A program made the position numbers and the translations under genes. A DNA stretch of 64,000 nt from Acidobacteriota bacterium (GTDB lineage Bacteria; Acidobacteriota; UBA6911; RPQK01; JAJDTT01): assembly GCA_965203535.1 (NCBI GenBank), contig OZ241897.1:452790-516789 (forward strand), read 5' to 3'. The notes under the pieces were generated by a model, which worked only from the letters and a program-made list of their open reading frames with translations, made no database searches and was not told where the DNA came from. Each line of letters begins with the position of its first letter. Position 1 is the first letter of the stretch. Below are positions 1 to 9,903 of the stretch, in pieces.

Positions 1-149
1 GCTCCCGTCACCACCGCGACCCTGTTCTCAAGCGGCATGCTCATCCCCGCGAAACCCCAGGATAGTAACAGCCCGGCTCAGACCGCGTCACGGTCTCCGA
101 ACCTTCCAGCAATCTCAATTGACGGTGTGGTTCCAGTGCCATGTTCGGC

Positions 150-345
150 ACGCAGGGGCACCCCTTGTGGGTGCCCGCCGTCGCCCCTCACTGCCCGGTC
201 CGGGGAGGGAAACCACAACGGTCAGCGAGGGCACAAGGTCCGGGGAGGGCGACCACAAGGGTCAGGGAGGGCGACCACAAGGGTCGCCCCTACTTTCCTC
301 TTTCTTTCCCGTTGCACTTTCCTCTTTCTTTCCCGTTACACTGGC
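150..345. repeat. Cluster of REP-like palindromic units (stem GGGCGACC / loop ACAAGG / stem GGTCGCCC, often followed by CTAC) in both orientations, plus two tandem copies of a 24-nt T/C-rich direct repeat (CTTTCCTCTTTCTTTCCCGTTRCA).
   Basis: Read directly. ggggcaccccttgtgggtgccc lies at ~154-176. Degenerate tandem gggagggcgaccacaagggtc units lie at ~204-290, ending in the perfect palindrome gggcgaccacaagggtcgccc. The direct repeat tttcctctttctttcccgtt(g/a)cac occurs twice at ~295-341. Short track ORFs here (37..396 etc.) are translations of the repeat. Confidence 0.75.
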
Positions 346-392
346 GCTCCATGGTCTCCGGGAAGACCCCGCCGGACGGAAGGAGATGAGTC

Positions 393-779
393 ATGATCAC
401 ATCATTGGAACATGTGGCCATCGTGGCCGATGACCCGCGAGCGCTGGCCGACTGGTATTGCACGGCACTGGGGTGCGAGATCGCCATCGCCGACGAGACG
501 TACTCCACCTACTTCGTGGCCGTTCCCGGAACCGGAGTCCTGGAGATCCTTCCCTCGAGCGACCGTCCCCGGATGGAAGCCGAAGGGGACGACGCCGGCA
601 TACGGCACATCGCCTTCACCGTGGCCGATTTCGAAGAGGCCTGTCAGCACATCAAGGAGCAGGGCATCGAACTCCTGCAACCCATCTCCGTGAGTTCGAC
701 GGGGACCAAGCTGGCGTTCTTTCCCGATCTCGAAGGCAACATCCTTCAGTTCGTCTATCGCCCGAAACCGTTGAGGTAA
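393..779 (+). CDS. VOC/glyoxalase-bleomycin resistance family protein
   Basis: 128-aa ORF with a VOC-fold pattern (LEHVAIVADD...GIRHIAFTVADFEEA...FFPDLEGNILQFV). Preceded by ggaaggagatgagtcATG, a Shine-Dalgarno-like sequence. Confidence 0.8.
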   Translation: MITSLEHVAIVADDPRALADWYCTALGCEIAIADETYSTYFVAVPGTGVLEILPSSDRPRMEAEGDDAGIRHIAFTVADFEEACQHIKEQGIELLQPISVSSTGTKLAFFPDLEGNILQFVYRPKPLR

Positions 780-978
780 ACAGCTGGGGGCCGGGCAAGC
801 CGATAGCGATTCGCGGCTAGGAGTCTGCGCGGTAGAAATGATCGTAGCGAGAAAGTGGAGAATCGAGGCCAGATTTTCACGATTTAGAGGCGCATAGTTG
901 TTCTATTCGCCGAGAAATCGGGGAAATATGGACCGATTATACGCTTTCGCAGCAGATCAATTTCTGCCGCGCAGGCTC

Positions 979-1887
979 CTAGCCCAGGATTTCCCGGAGC
1001 GCCGGCTCCAGATCGGGAAAACGAAAGCGGTAGCCACTCTTCTGAATCCGGTCCGGCAGCACTCTCTTGCTGGAGAGCAGCTCGACTGCAAAACCGCCCA
1101 GAACCAGTTTCAGGGCAAACCCGGGCGTGGGCAGGAACGCGGGACGGGACAGGACCTTTCCCAACACTTTGGCAAAATCCTTTTGCCGTACGGGGTTCGA
1201 GGACGTCGCATTGAAGGGGCCCGAGAGGTTCTCCCGGGCCAAAACGTGCTGCACCATTCCGATCAGGTCTTCCCGGTGAATCCAGGACCACCACTGGCGG
1301 CCCGAACCCAGGGGCCCGCCCAGCCCCAGCCGCGCCGGCAGCAGCATGGCGTCCAGGGCCCCTCCGCCCGCGGCCAGGACGATGCCGATGCGGAGATGGA
1401 CCACGCGCACGCCCGCTTCTGACGCGCGGGCGCCCTCTCTCTCCCACTGGCCGCAGACCTCTCCCAGGAAGTCGCCGGCAGCCGGCTTCGACTCGGTCAG
1501 GCTCGTCTCTCCCTGATCTCCGTAGTATCCGATGGCGCTGGCCGAGATCAGCGTCCGGGGTCCCGCTTCCGCCCGCAGCATGGCGTCGACCAGATTCCGG
1601 GTGGCGCGAACCCGGCTCTCCCGGATGGCTTGACGTTTGCCGGCGGTCCAGCGGCCGACGACGCTCTCACCCGCCAGGTGGACGACGGCGTCGACCTGCT
1701 CCAGGCTCTCGAGCGGCGGAGCCTCCTCCACCGGACGCCACGCGTACACCTGGGAAAGACCGGGAACGGCCGCCCGGGCAGCGTCCGGACGGCGTGACAG
1801 GGCCGTCACCCGGCAACCCGACTCGGACAACACCTCGCACAGCCTGTGTCCGACGAACCCGGTGGCTCCGGTAACCAGAACTCGCAT
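979..1887 (-). CDS. NAD-dependent epimerase/dehydratase family protein (YfcH/TIGR01777-like, SDR superfamily)
   Basis: MRVLVTGATGFVGHRL Rossmann motif, YGDQGE, and a C-terminal DUF1731-like tail. The start was moved to the Met preceded by ggagaggaggag. The track ORF extends to 1941. Confidence 0.8.
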   Translation of the reverse strand: MRVLVTGATGFVGHRLCEVLSESGCRVTALSRRPDAARAAVPGLSQVYAWRPVEEAPPLESLEQVDAVVHLAGESVVGRWTAGKRQAIRESRVRATRNLVDAMLRAEAGPRTLISASAIGYYGDQGETSLTESKPAAGDFLGEVCGQWEREGARASEAGVRVVHLRIGIVLAAGGGALDAMLLPARLGLGGPLGSGRQWWSWIHREDLIGMVQHVLARENLSGPFNATSSNPVRQKDFAKVLGKVLSRPAFLPTPGFALKLVLGGFAVELLSSKRVLPDRIQKSGYRFRFPDLEPALREILG

Positions 1888-2274
1888 CCCCATCTCCTCC
1901 TCTCCGGAGCGGTCCCGGCCACGGTCCGGATCGCGAACCATCCTCCACCGGCCCAGCGGGACGCTCCCCTATCTCAGTCTACCCGGCAGGCGAATCCCGG
2001 TCCAAATCCCCTCAGGGCAAGGTGGGGCCAGCGCCGCTCTTCCACTTCCACTCGTAGGCGATTCGGCGATCGAACCCCATTTCATCTCCGGTCCCGAGGG
2101 CGCTCCCACCCTCGACGCCGTATTCTGCACCACGTGAACCCGGCGAAAGAGTAGCAGGAGCATGGGACCTCCGCGCCGGACGAATATGGTTCCCGTTCCG
2201 CGCCCTGTGGTAGGCTCGATCGGCCTGCGGTCCGGGACCGGCTTCGGTTGGCCACCACCTTCTCCTGACGAGTC

Positions 2275-4539
2275 ATGAATCCGATTCAAGCTCCCGTCAC
2301 CAAGGATCTGGTTCTGGTCGGGGGCGGCCACAGCCACGTGGGAGTGCTGAAGGGCTTCGGCACGAAGCCCATGCCGGGGGTTCGCCTGACCCTCATCACC
2401 CGGGATATCCACACGCCGTACTCCGGGATGCTTCCGGGCCTGATCGCCGGTCACTACGAATACGACGAGACGCACATCGACCTGGGGCCTCTCTCCCAAT
2501 TTGCCGGCGCCCGCCTCTACCATGATGAGGCCGTCGGCCTGGACCTGGACTCCAAGAGGATTCTGTGCCGCTCCCGGCCGCCCGTGCCCTACGACCTGGT
2601 CTCCATCAACATCGGCTCCACGCCCACTCTCGATCCGGTTCCGGGAGCCGCCGAATCGGTGGTTCCGGTCAAGCCCATCGGCAATTTTCTCAGGCGCTGG
2701 GCCGAGCTCAGGCAACGTGTCCTGGGCAGATCCGGAAGCACTCGTATCGGCGTGGTGGGAGCCGGCGCCGGCGGCGTCGAGCTCCTGTTGTCGGTCCGGC
2801 ATGCGCTGGAGATGTTGCGCCGGGAATCGCGCCGGCCCCGTCAGCCTCCGGATTTCCATCTTTTTTTCGAGTCCGGGACCATCCTTCCCACCCACAATCG
2901 GTGGGTCCGGTCCAAGTTTCAACGGGTGCTCCGGCGCCGCAGCATCCGGCTCTACCCGGGATTGAGGGTCGTCCGGGTCCGGGGGCGAACCTTGGTGCTG
3001 GAGGACGGGTCCAGCCATGAAATGGATGAGATTCTATGGGTCACACGGGCCTCGGCTCCCGGTTGGCTGCGGGAGTCGAAGCTGGAGGTGGACGCCCACG
3101 GATTCGTGAACGTCGAAGCCACCCTGGAGTCGACGTCCCACCCGGGAGTCTTCGCCGCAGGAGACGTGGCCGCCGTGGCCGCCCATCCCCGGGAGAAGGC
3201 GGGAGTCTTCGCCGTCCGCCAGGGCAAGCCGCTCGAACGGAATCTCCGGCGGACCCTGCGGGGACTTCCTCCGAAACCGTTTCATCCCCAGAGAAAATTC
3301 CTCAGCCTGATCAGCACCGGAGACCGGCGGGCCGTGGCCTCCCGAGGCTCCTGGTCGCTGGAGGGCCGTTGGGTCTGGCATTGGAAGGACCGGATCGACC
3401 GGCGATTCATGGCGCGCTTCAACGACCTTTCGAAGATTCACGCCGCGCTGGCCGCTGCCCCTGGAAGAGGGGTCATGGAGACGCCGGCGGCCCCGCCCGG
3501 CGATCGCCTGATGCGTTGCCGGGGATGCGGGTCCAAGGTGGGGGCCGCCGTCCTGGAACGGGTGCTGGGCCGGATCGATCCGGGGAAGCTTCCGGATGTG
3601 GTGCTGGGCCTGGAGGCCGGGGAGGACGCGGCCGCGCTGTCGGTCCCGCCGGGACAGACCCTGCTCCAGTCGGTCGACATGTTTCCGGCCATCGTCGACG
3701 ACCCCTATGTCTTCGGCCAGATCGCCGCCAACCACTGTCTGAGCGACATCTTCGCCATGGGGGGCCGGCCCCGGACGGCATTGGCCATCGCCGCTCTGCC
3801 CTGGGCATCCGAAGACAAAATGGAAGTGACGTTGGAGGAGTTGCTGCAGGGCGCCAGGCAGATGCTGCGCCGGGCCGGGGCCGAGTTGGTGGGAGGCCAC
3901 ACGCTGGAAGGCTCCGAGCTGGCTTTGGGACTGGCGGTCTCCGGCCTGGCCGACTCCGGACGGCTCCTGCGCAAAGGGGCGATGGAGCCGGGAGACCGGC
4001 TCATCCTGACCAAGCCCCTGGGAACCGGCGCCCTTTTCGCCGCCGAGATGCGGTTGAAGGCCAAGGGGCGCTGGATTCAGGGAGCTCTGGAGTGCATGCT
4101 CCGGTCCAACCGGCGAGCCGCCGCCTGCTTTCTTCGCCACGCGGTCCATGCCTGCACCGACGTGAGCGGATTCGGTCTCGTGGGCCATCTGTTCGAAATG
4201 GTCCGGGACTCCAACGTGCAGGTCCGCATTTCATTGCCCGCCGTTCCCCTCCTGGAAGGCGCCGCCGAGACCGCCGGCGCCGGGATCCACAGTTCTCTCC
4301 ATCCCCGGAACCTCCGGTTGCAGGGAGCCGTTCGGAACCCTAGACTGGCGTCGAGAGCACCGGCCTTCCCGCTGTTGTTCGATCCCCAGACCGCCGGAGG
4401 ATTGCTTGCCAGCGTGCCGGGCCAGTGCTCGGAAGTCTGTGTCGAAGAACTGCGGGCCGGGGGTGACTCCGAGGCCACCGTCATTGGCGCCGTGGAAGCG
4501 AAGGAGGACGGGCGCGAACCCATCACCATCGACCTCTGA
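2275..4539 (+). CDS. selD: Bifunctional protein: N-terminal FAD-dependent pyridine nucleotide-disulfide oxidoreductase (NADH dehydrogenase-like) fused to C-terminal selenide, water dikinase SelD (Cys form)
   Basis: N-terminus has LVLVGGGHSHVGVL, a GxGxxG FAD motif, and later IGVVGAGAGGVELL. From about aa 395 it has the SelD signature RCRGCGSKVG (Cys where Sec/Cys sits in the CGCK motif), AIR-synthase-like GGHT, and GRLLRKGAMEPGDRLILTKPLG. It is a single uninterrupted 754-aa ORF. Confidence 0.85.
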   Translation: MNPIQAPVTKDLVLVGGGHSHVGVLKGFGTKPMPGVRLTLITRDIHTPYSGMLPGLIAGHYEYDETHIDLGPLSQFAGARLYHDEAVGLDLDSKRILCRSRPPVPYDLVSINIGSTPTLDPVPGAAESVVPVKPIGNFLRRWAELRQRVLGRSGSTRIGVVGAGAGGVELLLSVRHALEMLRRESRRPRQPPDFHLFFESGTILPTHNRWVRSKFQRVLRRRSIRLYPGLRVVRVRGRTLVLEDGSSHEMDEILWVTRASAPGWLRESKLEVDAHGFVNVEATLESTSHPGVFAAGDVAAVAAHPREKAGVFAVRQGKPLERNLRRTLRGLPPKPFHPQRKFLSLISTGDRRAVASRGSWSLEGRWVWHWKDRIDRRFMARFNDLSKIHAALAAAPGRGVMETPAAPPGDRLMRCRGCGSKVGAAVLERVLGRIDPGKLPDVVLGLEAGEDAAALSVPPGQTLLQSVDMFPAIVDDPYVFGQIAANHCLSDIFAMGGRPRTALAIAALPWASEDKMEVTLEELLQGARQMLRRAGAELVGGHTLEGSELALGLAVSGLADSGRLLRKGAMEPGDRLILTKPLGTGALFAAEMRLKAKGRWIQGALECMLRSNRRAAACFLRHAVHACTDVSGFGLVGHLFEMVRDSNVQVRISLPAVPLLEGAAETAGAGIHSSLHPRNLRLQGAVRNPRLASRAPAFPLLFDPQTAGGLLASVPGQCSEVCVEELRAGGDSEATVIGAVEAKEDGREPITIDL

Positions 4540-4583
4540 ACGGCCGCGGCAGCGGACCATTTCATCCTGGAGAAACAAGGAAG

Positions 4584-5054
4584 ATGATCGAAATCGGAAA
4601 ACCAGCCCCTGACTTCAGCCTCAAGAACCAGGCGGACCAGGACGTCCGCCTCAGTGATTACGACGGCCAGTGGGTCGTCCTCTACTTCTATCCCAGGGAC
4701 AACACGCCCGGCTGCACCGTCGAGGCCTGTGAGTTCACCTCGGGTGTGGAGGAATTCGCGGCGCTCGACGCGGTGGTCCTGGGCTGCAGCCCCGACACGA
4801 CCCGCAAGCATCGCAACTTCATCAAAAAGTTCGACCTGAAGATTTCGCTCCTGTCGGACCCCGATCACAAGGTCATGGAGGAGTACCAGGCCTGGGGTGA
4901 AAAGAAGATGTACGGCAGGACCTTCATGGGCGTGAAACGCTCCACCGTGATCATCGATCCGTCCGGCAACGTGGCTCACCACTGGCGCAGCGTCAGGGCC
5001 AAGGGACACGCCGGGAAGGTGCGGGACAAGCTGGAAAAGCTGAGGTCTGCCTGA
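4584..5054 (+). CDS. bcp: Peroxiredoxin Bcp (thiol peroxidase, AhpC/TSA family)
   Basis: YFYPRDNTPGCTVEACEF peroxidatic Cys motif. Length is 156 aa. RBS aaggaagATG. Confidence 0.85.
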   Translation: MIEIGKPAPDFSLKNQADQDVRLSDYDGQWVVLYFYPRDNTPGCTVEACEFTSGVEEFAALDAVVLGCSPDTTRKHRNFIKKFDLKISLLSDPDHKVMEEYQAWGEKKMYGRTFMGVKRSTVIIDPSGNVAHHWRSVRAKGHAGKVRDKLEKLRSA

Positions 5055-5107
5055 GCCCTCGCTGAGGCCCGGGAATCGTCTCGGCCGGTTTCTCCGGATA
5101 CCAGGAA

Positions 5108-5698
5108 TCAGGCGGGGTGAGCCGCCTCGTAGCGGCTGATCTTGTCCTCGTGCCGGAGGGTGAGCCCGATCTCGTCGAGCCCCTCCAACAGGCAGTGCCT
5201 CCGGAACGGCTCCACCGGGAACTCCAGGTTCAGACCCCGGCCGTCCCGGAGGGTGCAGCTCTCCAGGTCCACCGTCAGGGCGTACTCCGGGTTCTCCCGG
5301 ACGCGCCGGAAGAGGTCCTTGACCTGCCGCCCGGGGAGCCTGATGGGCAGCATCCCGTTCTTGAAGCAGTTGTTGTAGAAGATGTCGGCGAACGAGGGCG
5401 CGATGACGGTCCGAAATCCGTAGTCCAGCAACGCCCAGGGGGCGTGTTCCCGGGAGGACCCGCAGCCGAAATTGCTGCCGGTCAACAACACGGTGGCGCC
5501 GCGGAAACGGGACCGGTTCAACTCGAAACGGGAGTCGAGGCTCCCGTCCTCCCGGAACCTCCAGTCGTAGAAGAGAAACCGGCCGAAGCCGCTTCGCTCG
5601 ATCCGCTTCAGGAACTGCTTGGGAATGATCTGGTCGGTGTCCACGTTGGCCCGATCCAGGGTGGCCACCTTGCCCGTTTCCCGCCGGTAGGGTTCCAT
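5108..5698 (-). CDS. leuD: 3-isopropylmalate dehydratase small subunit
   Basis: LeuD-like sequence ([17 protein letters not shown], 196 aa). Lies immediately downstream of leuC on the same strand. Confidence 0.9.
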   Translation of the reverse strand: MEPYRRETGKVATLDRANVDTDQIIPKQFLKRIERSGFGRFLFYDWRFREDGSLDSRFELNRSRFRGATVLLTGSNFGCGSSREHAPWALLDYGFRTVIAPSFADIFYNNCFKNGMLPIRLPGRQVKDLFRRVRENPEYALTVDLESCTLRDGRGLNLEFPVEPFRRHCLLEGLDEIGLTLRHEDKISRYEAAHPA

Positions 5699-5708
5699 GG
5701 GGATTGCC

Positions 5709-7109
5709 TCAGAGCCAGTCTCGAATATCCACGAACCTTCCCTGGATCGCCGCCGCGGCCGCCATGGCGGGACTCACCAGGTGCGTCCGTCCGCCCTTCC
5801 CCTGACGGCCCTCGAAATTCCGGTTCGAGGTGGAGGCACAGCGCTGTCCGGGCTGGAGGACGTCGGGGTTCATGCCCAGGCACATGCTGCAACCCGACTC
5901 CCGCCAGTCGAACCCGGCCTCGATGAAGATCCGGTCCAGTCCTTCCGCTTCGGCCTGTCCCTTCACGCGCTGGGAACCGGGAACCACCATGGCATAGACG
6001 CGCTTGTCCACCTTCCGTCCTTGGGCGATGCGGGCGGCGCTGCGCAGATCCTCGATTCGGGAATTGGTGCAGGACCCGATAAAAACCCGGTCCACGCGAA
6101 CCCTCTGGACCGGAGTTCCCGGATCCAGATCCATGTAATCCAGGGCTCTCCGTCCCGACTCCCGGTCCGCGTCTTCGGCAAAGGCCTCCGGATCGGGAAT
6201 CACTCCCGTCACATCCGTCACCATGCCGGGATTGGTTCCCCAACTCACCTGGGGCGCCAGGGAATCCACGTCCAGGTCCATGTCCCGGTGGAATTCGGCC
6301 TGGGGATCGCTGGGGAGGAGCCGCCACCGGTCCACCGCCTCCTGGTACTCCTTTCCGGGAGGGGCGAACGGGCGTCCCTCCAAATACTCGAACGTGGTTT
6401 CGTCGGGAGCCACCATTCCGGCCCGGGCCCCCGCCTCGATGGACATGTTGCACAGCGTCATCCGCTCCTCCATGGAGAAGCCTTCGACCACCGGCCCGGC
6501 GTACTCGATGACGTGTCCCACCGCGCCATCCGTCCCCAGCGTGCGAATCATGTAGAGAATCACGTCCTTGGCGGTCACGCCGGCAGAGAGGCTGCCGGAG
6601 AAGTGGACCCGCATGGTGCGCGGCCGGCTCTGGATCAGGCACTGGGTGGCCAGTACGTGCTCCACCTCGCTGGTGCCGATTCCGAAGGCCAGGGCTCCGA
6701 AGGCGCCATGGGTCGAGGTGTGGCTGTCGCCGCAGACCATGGTCAGCCCGGGACGGGTCAGGCCCAGCTCGGGCCCGATCACATGCACGATGCCCTGGTT
6801 CCGGCTGTCCAGATCGTAGAGCGTGACCCCGAACTCCCGGCAATTCCGGCGAAGCGTCTCCACCTGCTTTCTGGCGATGAGGTCGGCAATCGGCAACTTC
6901 TGATCGACGGTGGGGATGTTGTGATCCAACGTGGCCGTCGTCAGGTCGGGACGCCTGACCCCTCGTCCCGCCTGACGCAGGCCCTCGAAGGCCTGGGGCG
7001 AGGTGACCTCGTGCACCAGGTGGCGATCGATGTAGAGGAGGTCGGGCCGGCCGGGTTCCTGGTGAACCACGTGATCGTCCCAGATCTTCGCGAAGAGGGT
7101 CTTGGGCAT
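5709..7109 (-). CDS. leuC: 3-isopropylmalate dehydratase large subunit
   Basis: Aconitase-family LeuC motifs ([24 protein letters not shown], Cys ligands in [11 protein letters not shown]). Confidence 0.9.
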   Translation of the reverse strand: MPKTLFAKIWDDHVVHQEPGRPDLLYIDRHLVHEVTSPQAFEGLRQAGRGVRRPDLTTATLDHNIPTVDQKLPIADLIARKQVETLRRNCREFGVTLYDLDSRNQGIVHVIGPELGLTRPGLTMVCGDSHTSTHGAFGALAFGIGTSEVEHVLATQCLIQSRPRTMRVHFSGSLSAGVTAKDVILYMIRTLGTDGAVGHVIEYAGPVVEGFSMEERMTLCNMSIEAGARAGMVAPDETTFEYLEGRPFAPPGKEYQEAVDRWRLLPSDPQAEFHRDMDLDVDSLAPQVSWGTNPGMVTDVTGVIPDPEAFAEDADRESGRRALDYMDLDPGTPVQRVRVDRVFIGSCTNSRIEDLRSAARIAQGRKVDKRVYAMVVPGSQRVKGQAEAEGLDRIFIEAGFDWRESGCSMCLGMNPDVLQPGQRCASTSNRNFEGRQGKGGRTHLVSPAMAAAAAIQGRFVDIRDWL

Positions 7110-7140
7110 GTCTATGGACGGGCCCGTCCGCTCGGACCCG

Positions 7141-8688
7141 TCAGGCCGAGGCGGTGCGCGGCGCCTCCCGCTCCAACCGGCCGGCCTCGTACAGAGCCTT
7201 GTTGACGGCGTTCAGATAGGCCCGCGCGCTGGCATCGATGACATCGACGCTGGCGGCCTTCCCCGTATATCCGATCCCGCCGAACCTGGTGCGAACAAAG
7301 ACTTCACCCAGGGCGTCCTTGCCCCGGCTCACGGCGCTGACGTTGTAATCCAGCAGCCGCCCGGTGATCCCCGTAATCCGGTCGATGGCCTTGTAGATGG
7401 CATCGATGGGGCCGTCGCCGTGGGCGGTGGCGACGAATTCGTCGTCGCCCTGCTGGAGCTGGATCACAGCCGATGCCAGTTGCTGGTTGCCGCCCTGCGC
7501 ATGAACGTACTTGAGCTTGTAGGTGTCCGGAATCGTCTTGATCCCGTCCTGGATGATGGTGATCAGATCTTCGTCGAAGATTTCCTTCTTCTGATCCGCC
7601 AACTTGGTAAAGAAGAAATACGCTCGATGCAATTCGTCCGGCGAGAGTTCGTAACCCAGGTCCTGGTACTTTCTCAGGAGGGCGTGACGTCCGCTGTGCT
7701 TTCCCAGCACCAGCGAACTGCTCTTGAGGCCCACCGACTGGGGAGTCATGATCTCGTAGGTCTGGGCATTCTTGAGCATCCCGTCCTGGTGGATCCCCGC
7801 CTCGTGGGCGAAGGCATTCTTGCCCACGATGGCCTTGTTGGCCTGGACGAAGCTTCCGGTCAAGTTCACCACCATGCGGCTCGCCGCGTAGAGCTCCTCC
7901 GAGACGATGTCGGTGTAGAAGGGCAGGATACTGCCCCGGGTCCGCAGCATCATGACGATCTCTTCCAGCGAGGCGTTCCCCGCCCGTTCGCCGATGCCGT
8001 TGATGGTGCATTCCACCTGGCGGCAACCGCGCTCCAACGCGGTCAGCGTATTGGCGACGGCCAGCCCCAGATCGTTGTGGCAGTGGGTGCTGAAAATCGC
8101 GTGCTCGTGGTGGGAGAGGCGGGAGCGGAGCATCTGGATCAGAGCCCCGTACTCGCCGGGAACGGAATAGCCCACCGTGTCGGGGATGTTGACCGTCGTG
8201 GCGCCCGCCTCGAGGACGGCGTCGAACACCTCCACCAGGTAGTCGATGTCGCTCCTGGTGGCGTCCTCGGCGGAGAACTCGACGTCCTCGCAAAGGTTCC
8301 GGGCAATCTTGACGGCCTCCACCGAGGCCTCCAGCACTTCGGACCGGGATCTTCTGAGCTTGTGTTTCAGGTGGATGTCCGAAGTGGCGATGAAGGTGTG
8401 AACCCGGGGCCTGTACGCTTCCCGCAGGGCCTCCCAGGCCCGCTCGATGTCCATTCGATTGGCCCGGCACAGACCGGCAATGGTGGGCTCCCTCACCTCT
8501 GCGGCAATGGCTTGCACCGCCTCGAAATCTCCCTGGGAAGCGATGGGGAACCCGGCCTCGATGATGTCCACGTTCAGCCGTTCCAACTGACGAGCCATCT
8601 TCAGCTTCTCCTGAAGGTTCATGGAGCATCCGGGAGACTGCTCGCCGTCACGCAACGTGGTGTCGAATATGTAGATTTTTTCCGACAT
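7141..8688 (-). CDS. leuA: 2-isopropylmalate synthase
   Basis: [26 protein letters not shown], and a C-terminal LeuA dimerisation/regulatory domain. Length is 515 aa. Confidence 0.9.
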   Translation of the reverse strand: MSEKIYIFDTTLRDGEQSPGCSMNLQEKLKMARQLERLNVDIIEAGFPIASQGDFEAVQAIAAEVREPTIAGLCRANRMDIERAWEALREAYRPRVHTFIATSDIHLKHKLRRSRSEVLEASVEAVKIARNLCEDVEFSAEDATRSDIDYLVEVFDAVLEAGATTVNIPDTVGYSVPGEYGALIQMLRSRLSHHEHAIFSTHCHNDLGLAVANTLTALERGCRQVECTINGIGERAGNASLEEIVMMLRTRGSILPFYTDIVSEELYAASRMVVNLTGSFVQANKAIVGKNAFAHEAGIHQDGMLKNAQTYEIMTPQSVGLKSSSLVLGKHSGRHALLRKYQDLGYELSPDELHRAYFFFTKLADQKKEIFDEDLITIIQDGIKTIPDTYKLKYVHAQGGNQQLASAVIQLQQGDDEFVATAHGDGPIDAIYKAIDRITGITGRLLDYNVSAVSRGKDALGEVFVRTRFGGIGYTGKAASVDVIDASARAYLNAVNKALYEAGRLEREAPRTASA

Positions 8689-8787
8689 GGGCCCCTCCCC
8701 AGAGTTGGACTCAACCGAAAAATAGCCTTAAACAGTAGCAGGATTGATCCTTTCAGGTCAATTTCGGGTCCACTGCCGAGAGTGTCT

Positions 8788-9903
8788 TCAGATGACCCGC
8801 TGCACGAACCAGAATCCTCCCAGACCCAGCATCAGGGCGGAGGCCAGATTGATGGCGACGGAGTGCCAGCGCCGCCGGCTCAGGTAGAGGACCGCGGGAA
8901 AAAGGAGGAGAAGTATCGCCAGTTGTCCCACCTCGACGCCCAGATTGAAGGAGAGAAGGGAGACGGCCAGGCCCGACTTGGGAAGCTGCATCTCCCGCAG
9001 CACGTTGGAAAACCCGAATCCGTGAATCAGCCCGAAGAAGAAGGTGATGACCCAGCGGTACCGCACCTCTCTCACGAACATGTTCTCCAGCGCCACATAG
9101 CAGATGCTCAGCGCAATGGCCGCCTCCACGAACCGGGTGGGCAGGATGACCAGGTCCAGAGTGGCCAGGACCAGCGTCAGGCTGTGGGCCACCGTGAAGG
9201 AGGAGACGATGCCGACCAGCGACTTCAGGGCCCCGCCCAGGATGATCAGGCCCAACAGAAAGGCCAGATGATCGTAGCCGGTGAGGATGTGCTCCACGCC
9301 CAGCACCAGGAAACGGCCCGCGCGGCGGGCGAGACCGGACCAACCCGTCAACACCTCGATCCTCTCCACCGGGCGGTTCACGTCCAGAACGTATTGCGTC
9401 AACGCTCCGTCCATGTCGACTTGACAAAAGGTCCGGTGACGGTCGTCGGTGAGTTCGTGAAAGGTGGATTCCAACTGGAGTTCGCCCGGCGGCTGATGAA
9501 ACAGGTGGTTCAGGGACAACTCCAGCTCCCCGGAGTCCAGGATCCGGAATCCCTCGACGCGGGTCTCCGAAGTGCGGTCTCCGCTCCGAATCAGGAAGTG
9601 CTCCACGAGTCGAGACTGGATGTCTTCCGTCCGGGCCGAGACTTCCTGATATTCGAGGACACCGTCGCTATTGGCGTCCAACTCGGGAAGAAAGTTCAGG
9701 TCCAGGATGGAGATGCGAATCGTGGACCGCACTTGCGGCGGCTCCACCCGAATCGTCCAGTAACCGATCGAATCCTGGTGGGCGTGAAGCTGAGATGCGG
9801 AAAAGAGCAGCAAGGCAAGGCAGCCCCACCGCCTCGATCCCGTGAGCATCGCACTGAGCCGCAGCGAAATCCGCCGGTGCGGCCCCGGCCCGGCAGTCGT
9901 CAT
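8788..9903 (-). CDS. HupE/UreJ family metal-transporter-like membrane protein with a ~190-aa N-terminal periplasmic extension
   Basis: C-terminal half has the HupE/UreJ pattern HILTGYDHLAFLLGLIILG...FGLIHGFGF. The N-terminal half is hydrophilic with a signal peptide. Confidence 0.65.
   Translation of the reverse strand: MTTAGPGPHRRISLRLSAMLTGSRRWGCLALLLFSASQLHAHQDSIGYWTIRVEPPQVRSTIRISILDLNFLPELDANSDGVLEYQEVSARTEDIQSRLVEHFLIRSGDRTSETRVEGFRILDSGELELSLNHLFHQPPGELQLESTFHELTDDRHRTFCQVDMDGALTQYVLDVNRPVERIEVLTGWSGLARRAGRFLVLGVEHILTGYDHLAFLLGLIILGGALKSLVGIVSSFTVAHSLTLVLATLDLVILPTRFVEAAIALSICYVALENMFVREVRYRWVITFFFGLIHGFGFSNVLREMQLPKSGLAVSLLSFNLGVEVGQLAILLLLFPAVLYLSRRRWHSVAINLASALMLGLGGFWFVQRVI

Noticed and set aside
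37-508. Several short ORFs (37..396, 119..433, 141..389, 290..508) upstream of the glyoxalase gene
   Set aside because: They are translations of the REP-like palindrome cluster and direct repeats (repetitive GEGDHKG / FPLSFPL peptides), not genes.
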